Below, piece by piece: positions 19,657 to 30,109 of a DNA stretch of 64,000 nucleotides. Below the pieces are notes generated by a model. It was not told where the DNA came from and ran no database searches. It saw nothing but the letters and a program-made list of their open reading frames with translations. Every line of letters begins with the position of its first letter. The first letter of the stretch is position 1. The position numbers were made by a program, and so were the translations under genes. Source of the stretch: a virus. Lineage: Duplodnaviria; Caudoviricetes. The stretch spans positions 32,001 to 96,000 of IMG/VR virus record IMGVR_UViG_3300033121_001676. One strand, given 5' to 3'.

Positions 19657-21552
19657 ATGAAAGAAACAGACCTCATCTACTCAAACGTTATTGCTCTCAA
19701 TAAGAAACAATTTGAACCGAGAGAACTTGATGGAATAAGATCACGTTTTACACATTCAAATCCAAATTATGTCATTCTTAAAGCTAACCACGTTGAACCT
19801 GATGCACAAACTCCACCAATTATCAAAACATTTTTTGAAAATGAATCACATTTGGCTGTTCCTCGCGGTGCTGCTGATTGGCTTAGAATGTATTTGATGG
19901 AAAAAGATAGAGTCATTAGAATTATTGATAAAAGAGTTGAAAAGCCTAAGATTGATTTCGATTTTAACTTTGGAGCAAAATGTGCGAATGGAAAAACATT
20001 TGATTCTCTATATGATTATCAAGAAGCTGCGATTCAATACTTAGTCAAAAATCAACAAGGCATTTTTCAAGCTGATTGCGGTGGTGGAAAGACACTCGTT
20101 GGTATTGGTTTGATTGATAGAATTAAACAGCCGACAATCATTGTTGTTCACACTGGCGATCTTGGCAAGCAATGGCTGCAAGAGATAGGCGAGAAGACAC
20201 ATTACGCTGCTGGTGTTGGTATGGTAGGGCTTGGCAATTGGGACTTACGACCGGTTACGATAAGCACCGTCCAAACCATTTGGCGTATGCAAGTGCCGCA
20301 ACGTATGGACTTTTTGTCCAACTTCGGCTGTATTATCATGGACGAATGTTTTACGCCGAACAGTAGAGTTTGGCGTTCAAACAAGTTTTGTCCTGCAAGC
20401 TGTTGGACTGAATTCAGGGATATCGTTGCTGGTAGAGCTAAGCTTGATCAAGTTATCACTTACAATTTTGAAACTGGTCAAAATGAAAGGAAGAAAGTCA
20501 ATAGATTAATTGTCACACCAAAGTTTGGAACAAAAGATAATTACATAATAATCAATGAAGATTTCATGTATTTCACATGCACGCAAGGTCAAGAAATATT
20601 TGTGATGGATAGAGGTTGGGTTAAGGCAAAAGATATCAAAGTTGGAATGCTGCTTGCATATTCACAAAAACCATACACGATGCCTGTTATAAGTGTTCGT
20701 GAATTGAATAAGAATGATAATAGACATAGACTTGATAGAACATATGTTTGTGATTTAGATGTTGCTGATAATCACAACTACTATGTTGAAGGAATACTTG
20801 TCAAAAATTGCCATCATGTTCCTGCTAAAAGCTTTGCGGAGTGCTTAAATTACTCAGGTGCAAAGTTTAGATTTGGTCTTACAGCGACTCCAAAAAGGTC
20901 TGATGGCCTTGAACATATGATGTATGATTTGATCAGCAACAGAACTTTTGTTGCTGATCCTGAACTTGTCACAGGATCAAACGTCCGTAGTCAATTGCCA
21001 ACTGTCCATATAATACCTACAGGCTATGTGGATTTGAATAGATATGGTATGAAGATGAAACAGGCAATGTTGACTAAACTTTCAAAGAATGATCAAAGAA
21101 ATTCATTCATTGTCAATAGAATAGTTCAAGATTGGAATGATGGGTACTTCCCACTCATTATCTCAAAAAGAGTTGATCAATGTAAGCAAATGAAGTTTTG
21201 GCTTGAATCAAAAGGAATGAAAGTTGCCTTATTGATTGGTGAAGTTAACGCAGCAACACGAAAAGATTTCATCAACCAATGCAGATCAAAACTTATTGAT
21301 GCTGTTGTTGGAACAACTGTTGCTGATGAGGGTTTAGATATACCACAACTTGATTGCCTTCATATCATTACACCACACTCAAATGAATCGAGATTAAAAC
21401 AGCAATCAGGAAGGATACAGAGGTTTTGTGATGGTAAGAAAGAACCTGTGATTAGAGATTATGTAGATACTGGAACAGAATTTAGTAGCACTCTCAGGAA
21501 AAGACTGTCATACTACAAGAAATGGGGATATAGGATCATAGAGGTAAAGTAA
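19651..21552 (+). CDS. SF2 DExH helicase (UvsW/XPB-like) containing an intein
   Basis: ADCGGGKT (motif I), DE[intein]CHH (II), GLTATP (III), DEGLDIP (V), QQSGRIQR (VI). Confidence 0.9.
   Translation: MFMKETDLIYSNVIALNKKQFEPRELDGIRSRFTHSNPNYVILKANHVEPDAQTPPIIKTFFENESHLAVPRGAADWLRMYLMEKDRVIRIIDKRVEKPKIDFDFNFGAKCANGKTFDSLYDYQEAAIQYLVKNQQGIFQADCGGGKTLVGIGLIDRIKQPTIIVVHTGDLGKQWLQEIGEKTHYAAGVGMVGLGNWDLRPVTISTVQTIWRMQVPQRMDFLSNFGCIIMDECFTPNSRVWRSNKFCPASCWTEFRDIVAGRAKLDQVITYNFETGQNERKKVNRLIVTPKFGTKDNYIIINEDFMYFTCTQGQEIFVMDRGWVKAKDIKVGMLLAYSQKPYTMPVISVRELNKNDNRHRLDRTYVCDLDVADNHNYYVEGILVKNCHHVPAKSFAECLNYSGAKFRFGLTATPKRSDGLEHMMYDLISNRTFVADPELVTGSNVRSQLPTVHIIPTGYVDLNRYGMKMKQAMLTKLSKNDQRNSFIVNRIVQDWNDGYFPLIISKRVDQCKQMKFWLESKGMKVALLIGEVNAATRKDFINQCRSKLIDAVVGTTVADEGLDIPQLDCLHIITPHSNESRLKQQSGRIQRFCDGKKEPVIRDYVDTGTEFSSTLRKRLSYYKKWGYRIIEVK
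20347..20808 (+). mobile_element. Mini-intein (154 aa, no homing endonuclease)
   Basis: Starts CFTPNS right after DE. Ends VCDLDVADNHNYYVEGILVKN followed by extein Cys. Splicing restores DECHH. Confidence 0.88.
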
Positions 21553-21792
21553 ATGAATGATAATGATGATCCTGTTATTGAGAATGGAAACAATCAATTC
21601 TATTACCCACAATTGATCTACGAATTCTCAGTTAGAAAATTCAGTAGTGCTGAAGAACTTGAAAAGGAATTGGATTCATTAAGCTTAGCTTTCTATGAAA
21701 TTTCAACAATTCAAATTCAAAATGATTGTTCAGGTCTAATTATTGCAAGGAGGATGAAGAACTTCAAACACAGGATGATTGAAGAATTATGA
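21553..21792 (+). CDS. Hypothetical protein
   Basis: ORF with GAGG RBS directly after the helicase. Confidence 0.45.
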   Translation: MNDNDDPVIENGNNQFYYPQLIYEFSVRKFSSAEELEKELDSLSLAFYEISTIQIQNDCSGLIIARRMKNFKHRMIEEL

Positions 21793-21875
21793 GAAACTCA
21801 GTCTGTATTTCACTGTCGCCTTGGTACGTCGACGACTCACGATTAATCTTGTTTCTCATTGTTTTACTTCTCACT

Positions 21876-21925
21876 TTCGATTACTCAGTTTCGTTTTCAC
21901 TTCTGTTCGATTACTCAGTTTCGTT
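21876..21925. repeat. Direct repeats (iteron-like)
   Basis: TTCGATTACTCAGTTTCGTT at 21876-21895 and 21906-21925 (30-bp period); degenerate copies near 21796 and 21840. Confidence 0.7.
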
Positions 21926-21981
21926 GTTTGTTGGAAACTGCTTAGCAACGACTTTCCCCCTGATCTTAACCAGCTTCGCCT

Positions 21982-22045
21982 TACCAACGAGTGAACGGCT
22001 TTGAGTTCACTCGTTGGTACTACAACAGTCGAAGACTGTTGTAGT
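21982..22045. repeat. Two adjacent perfect inverted repeats (candidate origin hairpins)
   Basis: 15-bp stem 21982-21996/22005-22019 and 12-bp stem 22019-22030/22034-22045 with a GAA loop. Confidence 0.75.
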
Positions 22046-22186
22046 TGTTTCTATCGACTTACATTGACTTCTTCGTGCCCACCATGATCGGTAATACGGA
22101 AAATTTCGAAATGAACTTAAAAGAATAGGCATGTATTTCAAACTTAACACAAAATTAACATTCGCCTTAGCCTGAGAAAACTTTTA

Positions 22187-22717
22187 ATGAAAATGCAGAT
22201 ACATAGAGAAGGTAAGTTATTGCTTCACTTTGAATTAAAAGATGGTGACACTATTGTTTGTGTTGATGGTAAGAACAAAGTTTCTAAGCTATGGCCTGAT
22301 GATAATGTGAATTTTGTGAAAACAGAACTTACTGAAAACGAACAGATTGAACGTATGCTTGAAAAGTTCTATGATTCAATACCAACATCATTGAGATTAA
22401 TGTTGAACAATTTTGTTGAATCAATTTTAATCAAAAAACCAAGAGACAAATACTATTACTTCGCAACCATTGACCCTGAGTTTTCTGTTTATTGCGTAAA
22501 GAATCATGAAACAATTGAAGAAGCTATTAGAAAAGTTTTGAATACATCTGAATACAAAAATCTATTTAGTCCATTAGGTGTTGTGATTGATAAGAAGAAT
22601 GCTTGTGAAGTATTGAAGAATAAGTTGGTGTTGTATATTAACAACGCTATAGGTGTTGCAAGATCAAAGGGTAACAAACCAATGCAACAACCAAAGACAT
22701 ATGATTATACAAGTTGA
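22187..22717 (+). CDS. Hypothetical protein (possible replication initiator/accessory)
   Basis: First gene after the repeat region, upstream of the dnaC-like gene; no motif recognised. Confidence 0.45.
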   Translation: MKMQIHREGKLLLHFELKDGDTIVCVDGKNKVSKLWPDDNVNFVKTELTENEQIERMLEKFYDSIPTSLRLMLNNFVESILIKKPRDKYYYFATIDPEFSVYCVKNHETIEEAIRKVLNTSEYKNLFSPLGVVIDKKNACEVLKNKLVLYINNAIGVARSKGNKPMQQPKTYDYTS

Positions 22718-23468
22718 CCAAAATCTAATCATTCACTTGCGAAAGCAACGTGAAAAAGATGTTTCATTGTATTGTTCTAAATGTGATCATACTGGCAAAA
22801 TCTATTACATCAATACTGACAATGAAGCTGACTACAGTTATTGTGAATGTTTTAAGAAAAGAACAAATGAGAATAATTACCCAAAACTTTTGAAAGATAG
22901 TCGATTACCAACAATGTCAAATGGTTTTGAACTGAAGGACTATAAGAATACAGGAGTTACAAAAGAAGATATTGATCTTGATAACAAAAGCATTCAAAGA
23001 ATGATTGAAATATCAAATGATTCACAAAGTTTTGTTGATCAAGGTAGAAACATATACATTCAAGGACAAAGAGGTACTGGTAAGACAATCATTGCATGTG
23101 CTCTTGCTAAACAATTGATGAAAAATGGTAACCATTGTGCATATGTTGAGTTTCCTATTATCTGTGATCAACTATTGAAGTCTGATATAACTGAAGAAGA
23201 TAGGGATTGGTTTGATTATGTCAGATGGTGTAGGTTGTTGATACTTGATAATATTGATTCATTTCAAGTTAAGAGCCATTTCCATGCAACTCTATTTGAA
23301 AGAATTGTTAGGCCAAGAGTTCAAAACAATCAATCATGTTGTTACATTGCAGTCAAACCTTTTAAGACAATAAATGAAGACCTAAGTTATGGTTGCCAGA
23401 GTTTGATATCTGAAAGATTAGAAGCTTTGACTTTTGTTGGTCAAGATTTTAGGTCTAGAAAACAATGA
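22701..23468 (+). CDS. DnaC/IstB-like AAA+ helicase loader
   Basis: CSKC...CEC Zn motif, Walker A GQRGTGKT, Walker B LLILDNID, C-terminal GQDFR. Confidence 0.85.
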   Translation: MIIQVDQNLIIHLRKQREKDVSLYCSKCDHTGKIYYINTDNEADYSYCECFKKRTNENNYPKLLKDSRLPTMSNGFELKDYKNTGVTKEDIDLDNKSIQRMIEISNDSQSFVDQGRNIYIQGQRGTGKTIIACALAKQLMKNGNHCAYVEFPIICDQLLKSDITEEDRDWFDYVRWCRLLILDNIDSFQVKSHFHATLFERIVRPRVQNNQSCCYIAVKPFKTINEDLSYGCQSLISERLEALTFVGQDFRSRKQ

Positions 23469-24841
23469 GTGATGTTTTAGAAAACTTTCCTGTTGACATT
23501 CACAATGAACAGGTCATATTAGGTCAAGCACTTAAGTTCCCTGAAATGTGTGATATGTTTCTTTCACATGTCACTTGGGAAAATTTTCTAGAGAAGAAGC
23601 ATAGAGCTATGGCATGGTGCATCATTACGATGGTGCAACGTCAAATGGCTCTTGATAATGATAGTTTCATACTTGTAATCAATGAATTTCCAATTTCAGA
23701 ATACAAGAGTTATGGTGGCAATACGTATCTTGAAAAAGTAAAATCACTCTGTTTAACGCCGAATCAAAACTATGTTGCTCATTTGACAAAACTGAAAAAT
23801 GATTATATCAAATCAACAATTGCAAGAGATGCAACTATACGATTGATGCAAAAGATTAATGATCCACACGCAAGTATTTCTGAAATTGTTGCAAGTGTTG
23901 ATATAATCAAATCATCAGTTGAAGAAAATAGACCAGTTGAAATTGATTTTTACTATGGAGAAAGACTTCATACACATTACATGAATGTGTTGAGAGAAAG
24001 GGTTACGAAATCAAAGTTTGTGACTACTGGTTTTGATGATTTAGATGAAGACTTGAGTGAGGCTTTCGCGCCATGTAATGTCAGTGTCATTGCTGGTTAT
24101 ACAGGAATGTCAAAGAGTGCATTTGTTCAAAATGCAATGATTAGACAAGCTGGTGCAGGATTTCGTACAGGTATTGCTTCTCTTGAGATGGTTTTATCTT
24201 CTGTGCTTGATAGACAAGTTTCTATCATGACACAAATACCTTCAAATAGCATTATCAAGAGAACTGCTGATCTTACGCATGAAGAGAAGTTACTTATTGC
24301 TCAAGTTATGAACGGAATTAAAGAATCTGAAATGATTTTTATCAATGATAAAGCAACATTGAATCTTGAACAAATTGATACACAGCTTACATTATTGAAT
24401 AGAATCGGGAAGCCATTAAACATCTTGTATATTGATCTATTTGGAAAACTTGATGATGTTAGTGTTGAATCAAATCTTGCATCTAATATTGAACACAAGT
24501 TACGTTTGACGAGAGCGATGGCAAGAAAACATAACATTCACATCTGTTGTGTTGTTCAGATTAGAAGGTACTTTGATTTGAACACAATTCGTCCAAATAA
24601 ACCGATTCCAAAACCGAAACTTGATAAGATCAAGAATAGCAATGCTTTTGCAGAAGAAGCTGATCTTGTTTTATTGCTTCACCGTGATAAATACTACAAG
24701 CCTGAATTGACAAATGATATAATTGAGATTGAAATCGCAAAACAACGTCAAGGATCGATGGGAATAGTTAAGTATTTTGAATTTGAAAGTGAATGCACAA
24801 GGATTAAGCCAACTTCATTGAGACCTGTAATTTTTGCGTAG
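23465..24841 (+). CDS. dnaB: Replicative DNA helicase DnaB
   Basis: EQVILG, TTGFDDLD, AGYTGMSKS, SLEM, EEADLVLLLHR, IAKQRQG. Confidence 0.92.
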   Translation: MSDVLENFPVDIHNEQVILGQALKFPEMCDMFLSHVTWENFLEKKHRAMAWCIITMVQRQMALDNDSFILVINEFPISEYKSYGGNTYLEKVKSLCLTPNQNYVAHLTKLKNDYIKSTIARDATIRLMQKINDPHASISEIVASVDIIKSSVEENRPVEIDFYYGERLHTHYMNVLRERVTKSKFVTTGFDDLDEDLSEAFAPCNVSVIAGYTGMSKSAFVQNAMIRQAGAGFRTGIASLEMVLSSVLDRQVSIMTQIPSNSIIKRTADLTHEEKLLIAQVMNGIKESEMIFINDKATLNLEQIDTQLTLLNRIGKPLNILYIDLFGKLDDVSVESNLASNIEHKLRLTRAMARKHNIHICCVVQIRRYFDLNTIRPNKPIPKPKLDKIKNSNAFAEEADLVLLLHRDKYYKPELTNDIIEIEIAKQRQGSMGIVKYFEFESECTRIKPTSLRPVIFA

Positions 24842-24917
24842 AAACACCCGGTTTATTAGTTGTTGAAGTTTATCCGAAACTGTTACTTGTGTATAATGGT
24901 TTTGTGCAACGCAAGTA

Positions 24918-25268
24918 ATGGGGGGTGCCTTGGAAAAAACTAAAACGCCAAACACTTGGGAAGAACTCGCAGTAATTTTCAAAAGGAGCCCGGTAATTTC
25001 TGAATCAGAAATTTACCATTGCAACTATTGCAATAAGAGGCTTTATTGCAGCGATCTGTTTGGAATAAAAATCAATGAACCGTCAACTGGTAATTTGATT
25101 CAGAGACTCAACTATTGCAAATGTTGTGTAACACAAGAAGCGTACAACTTTGTCATTGAAAAAGGGATTGATACAAGGTCATTCACAAGGTTGCAATTCA
25201 ACTCCATTCAAAAGTCTTATTTCGATGGAACTTATGAACAGTGGAAGAAGAGAAACGCAAAAGGTTGA
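24918..25268 (+). CDS. Small Cys-rich (Zn-binding) protein
   Basis: CNYC...C...CKCC. Confidence 0.5.
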   Translation: MGGALEKTKTPNTWEELAVIFKRSPVISESEIYHCNYCNKRLYCSDLFGIKINEPSTGNLIQRLNYCKCCVTQEAYNFVIEKGIDTRSFTRLQFNSIQKSYFDGTYEQWKKRNAKG

Positions 25269-26346
25269 TATTGAACTTCTTCTTAAAACAGTTGATGTAA
25301 AAAAGGTTCTTGATAATTTAGGTGTCAAATACAAGGCGCGTCGCAATGATACTGAATTGATGATTAAGTGTGTTAATCCAAATCACCAAGACAAGAGTGG
25401 TGATTCATTGCAGATGAATGCGCGTAATGATGATTATAATGGTGTCTATAAATGCAACCCTTGTGGAATAAAGGGTAACTTCATCAAGTTTTTACTTCTT
25501 GCAACAAAGAATAGTTTCAAAGAAATTGTTGAATATCTTGGTAACTTTGGAACATTGAATTATAGGTTGCAAATTGATGATGTTACAAGAGATCGTGAAT
25601 CAGCAATCGCTATTTCTGAAGAAAAGACTAATGAAGAATTGCCAGAAATCAAGATACAATATACGAGATGTAAATTGCAAGATAGTTGGGATGAATCAAA
25701 TCCAGCTCAGTGTTATTTGAAGAAAAGAAATATTGATCCATATGTTGCATTTTCACATGAGATTGGTTGGGCTGACTTTTTTGAATTCATGCCAGGAAGG
25801 CATGTTAAAGATTGCATTGTTTTTCCTATCAGGTATAAGGGTAGGCTTGTATCATATTTCCTGAGATCTTATTCAGGCCCATTCTATCACAAGGTTCATA
25901 AGTTATTCCCACCAAAGTCACCAGTATGGAAGTTCCCATACAATATTGATCAATGTAAGGATGAAAAGCCAATCATTGTTGTTGAAGGAATAATTGATTG
26001 TCTTGTTGTTAAATCCGCATTGTTGAAATCTGGTTTGGATTTTAATGTCATCGCTGCATACAGCAATAATCCAACCAAATCCCATATTCAAATTCTTCGC
26101 GAATCAGGTAAACAAATCATCTGCTTGCCTGATAGAGACAGTAGTGCAGGTGTTGTTCTTTGTGATACTATTCTTGAAGGTCTTATTCATACGAATCAAA
26201 TTGAAATAGCCTTGCTGCCTTGGGGATATGACCCTGGTGATTGTTCTTATGATACTATAAGACAGTCACTTATTTCGAGAACAAAATTGATTGATTACAT
26301 TACTTTGAATAGAATCAATTACGGATCAAATTACTTGTTTGGCTAA
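25234..26346 (+). CDS. dnaG: DNA primase (Zn finger + TOPRIM)
   Basis: CVNPNHQD...YKCNPCG Zn finger; IVVEGIID and LPDRDSSAG TOPRIM motifs; start uncertain. Confidence 0.85.
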   Translation: MNSGRRETQKVDIELLLKTVDVKKVLDNLGVKYKARRNDTELMIKCVNPNHQDKSGDSLQMNARNDDYNGVYKCNPCGIKGNFIKFLLLATKNSFKEIVEYLGNFGTLNYRLQIDDVTRDRESAIAISEEKTNEELPEIKIQYTRCKLQDSWDESNPAQCYLKKRNIDPYVAFSHEIGWADFFEFMPGRHVKDCIVFPIRYKGRLVSYFLRSYSGPFYHKVHKLFPPKSPVWKFPYNIDQCKDEKPIIVVEGIIDCLVVKSALLKSGLDFNVIAAYSNNPTKSHIQILRESGKQIICLPDRDSSAGVVLCDTILEGLIHTNQIEIALLPWGYDPGDCSYDTIRQSLISRTKLIDYITLNRINYGSNYLFG

Positions 26347-26426
26347 TTTTTTTTTGCAAGAAAAGCGTGTCATACTTGTTTAGAGCAATTTTTTGCTAAC
26401 ATATTGCACAACGCACAGGGGGTATT

Positions 26427-27050
26427 GTGGGAAGATTTAATGAATTGATCACTTGCATAAAAAGGAAGGTGAATGTTGATGAATCATTTGAAAAGATATT
26501 GCCTTATTTTGATAGCTATATCAATTTGAAATCTTATCAATGGTCAAAAAATCCAGAATTTACGAGAATGTTTTCAATTGATGATCTTAGAAACATATTT
26601 CTATACAAGACATTCAAATTAGCTGAGAGTTTCAATTACGATGATTCAAAAGATGAAAAAGAGAACTTGAGAATATTTGGTGGTTTATTGAAGAAATCAA
26701 TTACGAATGCTTCAATTGATTTGAACTATAGGGAAACAAGACCGAAGAGATTTGCATCAAACAATATTCAGCCATTGAAAAATGAAGTTGTTGTGAATGA
26801 TGAAGAAGAATTTGTTTTTATTGTCAATGATGGGGATGATTTACAATACAAATTCCTTATTGAAGCAATAATGAGAAAGTTGAGTCCGAATGCTCAAAAG
26901 TGTTTCGAGTTGAAAATCAAAGGTCATAAAAATCGACCAATATCACTTTTAACTGGTCTTAAAGAATCTACTATCGCGTCGATAATGACAAAGGAAATCT
27001 TTCCGGCTGTTGAAGATGAACTTGGAAAAAACATACCCAGAAATTGTTGA
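26427..27050 (+). CDS. Sigma-70/ECF-like RNA polymerase sigma factor
   Basis: Region-2-like DDLRNIFLYK..KLAESFN; region-4 HTH LSPNAQKCFELKIKGHKNRPISLLTGLKESTI. Confidence 0.65.
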   Translation: MGRFNELITCIKRKVNVDESFEKILPYFDSYINLKSYQWSKNPEFTRMFSIDDLRNIFLYKTFKLAESFNYDDSKDEKENLRIFGGLLKKSITNASIDLNYRETRPKRFASNNIQPLKNEVVVNDEEEFVFIVNDGDDLQYKFLIEAIMRKLSPNAQKCFELKIKGHKNRPISLLTGLKESTIASIMTKEIFPAVEDELGKNIPRNC

Positions 27051-27276
27051 TAGTTTTGGTGGTAGGATTAGCATCCAACTATATGATGCTGATCTTGCAA
27101 TACTTGATGTTGTAAATGATTTATCATTCAGAACAAGGGATGCTGATTATTTTTGTCTTGCTGTTGATATGCCGAGATTGATTAGCGGTGTCGGTGTTCT
27201 GAAAAAGAAATCTTTTGACAATGATGTTCTGCAGCTTGCTTTGAGGTATGGGTTAATTCATGCCAACAATAAATAG
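27010..27276 (+). CDS. Hypothetical protein
   Basis: ORF in the gene train. Confidence 0.45.
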   Translation: MKMNLEKTYPEIVDSFGGRISIQLYDADLAILDVVNDLSFRTRDADYFCLAVDMPRLISGVGVLKKKSFDNDVLQLALRYGLIHANNK

Positions 27277-27874
27277 AGAATCATTTTCTAGAACAATTGT
27301 TCAATCTGTAAAAGATTTCAAGAACAACGCTTTCAACGGTGATGTTCCTGAAAACTTAATGCTTGAAGCGATTGAAAATATTGTATCAGGATTTTGTAAA
27401 TCGCTTGAAATTGCAAATGGAAAGAAACCTGCTGGTGAAATTAGAACTTATGTATTGAATCAAATTAGGAATGAGTTGAATATTAATTTGATTCAAAATC
27501 AAATTGACCAAACAAATGAATGGGATGTCGCTGCTTATGATACCTATATGAATTATTATGATGCGAGATTGTTGAGACAAAATCTTTTTATTGGCGCTTC
27601 AAAGTTGATGAGAAAATTGCCATACACAAAGTTGATTCCAGAAGGGATGCCAATCATCCACTACAAACCTGAAAAAGAGTTAGTAGAAAGATTTTATTCA
27701 AAGATAAATGCTATTGATGAAAATCTTATTCTTGAACCTACTTATGATGAAAAGACTCGTTTTTTGATTGGAATTAATGGAGACAGTATTTGGTGTGAAG
27801 GAATTTTTGATTATGCTTCAATTGAACATTATAGATCTGGACAAATTGAAAAGATACCAAAGATTACATCATGA
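27260..27874 (+). CDS. Hypothetical protein
   Basis: ORF in the gene train with GAGG RBS. Confidence 0.5.
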   Translation: MPTINRESFSRTIVQSVKDFKNNAFNGDVPENLMLEAIENIVSGFCKSLEIANGKKPAGEIRTYVLNQIRNELNINLIQNQIDQTNEWDVAAYDTYMNYYDARLLRQNLFIGASKLMRKLPYTKLIPEGMPIIHYKPEKELVERFYSKINAIDENLILEPTYDEKTRFLIGINGDSIWCEGIFDYASIEHYRSGQIEKIPKITS

Positions 27875-28785
27875 TTGAAAACGCATTTCAGCATTGGCAC
27901 ATTCATTATGATGGCTCAAAGTTTGACGGAATGTGTACGATAAGTGAAGTTGCTGAGGATATTAAACAATATGAAAAACCAGCATATGCAGTCACTGATC
28001 ACGGGACGATGATATCGTGTTTATCACTTCATAGTTTGTGCAAGAAGATTGGTATCAAGTTTGTTCCTGGTTCAGAAATGTATGTTGTTAACAAGAAAGA
28101 TGAAAAGCTTGATGGACCAAAGAAAAGAAAATATGATAAGAAGAGGCATATTGTTCTACTTGCGATGAACCAAAAAGGTTTTGAAAATCTCATCTATTTG
28201 AGTTCACTTGCATCAATGTATTTCTTTAACAAGCCAAGAATTGAACATAAGGACATTTGGGACCATAGTGAAGGAATTATTGTATTGACTGCATGTCTTG
28301 GTGGTCTTGTTTGCTCACCATTGCTTTGGGATGATGCTTCAAGCCAACAAGAAAGATCAGATAATGCTTATAAGATCTCTTGTCAATATAGAGAAGTTTT
28401 TGGTGATAGATTTTATCTTGAAATTCAGCCAGTTGAAAAAGAAGAACAATTGATTGCAAATAATTTCATGTGTGAGTTGCATGAAAAATTTGGATTCAAC
28501 ATCATTGCTACAAATGATGTTCACTACGCAAAGCCTGAACAATTTGAGATGCACGCACGTTTAATAGCCGTCCAAAATAGGTCAAATGAAACTGAACTTG
28601 TATACAAACCAGGGCATCATTTGAGAAATTTAGAAGAAATGAGGAGTGCATTCATTGCAAACGGAATTGCAAAAAGCCATCCCTTTCATGTTGAACATGC
28701 TTTAATGACAGCAAACACACTTGACCAAAGAATGAGCGGTGTTTTGATTGATCGAAAAACAAAAGTTCCGGAGTACAAAGAGTAA
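27871..28785 (+). CDS. dnaE: DNA polymerase III alpha, stand-alone PHP domain
   Basis: HWHIHYDGSKFDG, AVTDHG, GSEMY, HIVLLAMNQKGFENL, TACLGG, YLEIQ, ATNDVHY. Confidence 0.9.
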   Translation: MIENAFQHWHIHYDGSKFDGMCTISEVAEDIKQYEKPAYAVTDHGTMISCLSLHSLCKKIGIKFVPGSEMYVVNKKDEKLDGPKKRKYDKKRHIVLLAMNQKGFENLIYLSSLASMYFFNKPRIEHKDIWDHSEGIIVLTACLGGLVCSPLLWDDASSQQERSDNAYKISCQYREVFGDRFYLEIQPVEKEEQLIANNFMCELHEKFGFNIIATNDVHYAKPEQFEMHARLIAVQNRSNETELVYKPGHHLRNLEEMRSAFIANGIAKSHPFHVEHALMTANTLDQRMSGVLIDRKTKVPEYKE

Positions 28786-30008
28786 TGAGCGAACAGATGC
28801 GTTGGGCATTCAATAGATCTGATCTTCTCCGTTGTCTCGATAATTTGAAATCAACTGTTGGATCAAAAATTAACAACATCTGTGATTGTGTCAGGATCAG
28901 TATCATACCAAAGAGCACAACTGAAGCTCTTGTCTATATTTATGGAACAAATCTCTCTAATTTCGTATGCGTGAGATATGGTGAGATACTTGCTGATGGA
29001 ATTGAATTTGAACTTGAAAAAGAAAGTCATTTGTTAGTTGATCATGAAAAGCTTTTCAAAATCTGTAGGGCAAGTAATCTTGAAAAGGTTGTGATTATTG
29101 AAATTGAACAAGCGAGATATGTAAATGAAGGAGGTGTTGACAAACTTGCGAACGGTGCGAAGTATTGCATTAAGACTGAAGCGAAGAATACAATTATTTC
29201 TAGAGATGTCTTTGAATTTCCACAGGAAGAATTTGAAGGCGATGTAATTGCAGAATACACTTCCGGCCTTTTTCCTGAAATGTGGAGGAAGGCAAGTATT
29301 GCAAAGGGAGAGCTTGATATCAAGAGAACGTGTTTACACTACAATGGTGACATGTTTACTGTCGATTCAACTTTCGCATGTATTGTTGAATCTTTATCAA
29401 AGCTTCGTTTTCCAAAGACGTACAGCATCAATCTAGAAAGCGGGATTGGTGAAATTATTGAAAGAATGTCTGGCAATGTTGTTGTCAAAAAGAATCCAGC
29501 AAACAATAAGATTTGCTTCCTTGATGAATCTAACGGGATCTATATTGCTTGCGGCCTTGCTGTTGAACAGAAGATACCTTATGAAAATGCTTTGAATAAA
29601 CCATACGATTCAAATTTTAGGGTTAGTAAGCAATTGTTTGAATCTGCTCTTAAGCGTGCTGCAATTTTCATTAATGAGAAAGATATAAGTTCAGTTAGAT
29701 TGAATGTTATTAAAGGTGTTGATAGATACATCTTGCTCGTCATTGTTAAGCCACAAGATAACATCAATTCATTTGAAGAAGAAGTTGAACTTGAAAGTGC
29801 AACTGGTGAATTGAATGCAATGTATAAACTCAAAAATCTTATCAAAGCAATCACAAATAATGCAGAGACACATATTGATTTTTGTTGGAGAACAATTGAT
29901 ACTGGCAGGATGATTGATAACACTGCAAGGATTATTGATCAAAAGACAGAGTATCGTTGTAATGCAATTGTCCCTTCAGTTGTGATGGTCACTCAACAAA
30001 ATGGATAA
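28785..30008 (+). CDS. dnaN: Sliding clamp (DNA pol III beta-like)
   Basis: FNRSDLLRCL start, GTNL, FEFP, IPYENAL...VSKQLFESALKRAAIF; 407 aa. Confidence 0.75.
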   Translation: MSEQMRWAFNRSDLLRCLDNLKSTVGSKINNICDCVRISIIPKSTTEALVYIYGTNLSNFVCVRYGEILADGIEFELEKESHLLVDHEKLFKICRASNLEKVVIIEIEQARYVNEGGVDKLANGAKYCIKTEAKNTIISRDVFEFPQEEFEGDVIAEYTSGLFPEMWRKASIAKGELDIKRTCLHYNGDMFTVDSTFACIVESLSKLRFPKTYSINLESGIGEIIERMSGNVVVKKNPANNKICFLDESNGIYIACGLAVEQKIPYENALNKPYDSNFRVSKQLFESALKRAAIFINEKDISSVRLNVIKGVDRYILLVIVKPQDNINSFEEEVELESATGELNAMYKLKNLIKAITNNAETHIDFCWRTIDTGRMIDNTARIIDQKTEYRCNAIVPSVVMVTQQNG

Positions 30009-30109
30009 TTTGATCTTTGATCCAATTCCACAGGGTCCGCCTCGATTAAAGATCAAGGTAAAGGAATTTGTGGCTGTTGAGATCTTAGAACCAAAAGAAA
30101 AAGTTGATA

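Noticed and set aside
21793-21925. CRISPR array
   Set aside because: Only two exact 20-bp repeats separated by 10 bp; no spacer-sized units and no cas genes.
21779-22004. Two overlapping 71-aa ORFs
   Set aside because: They translate the repeat/hairpin tract and have atypical composition; likely spurious.
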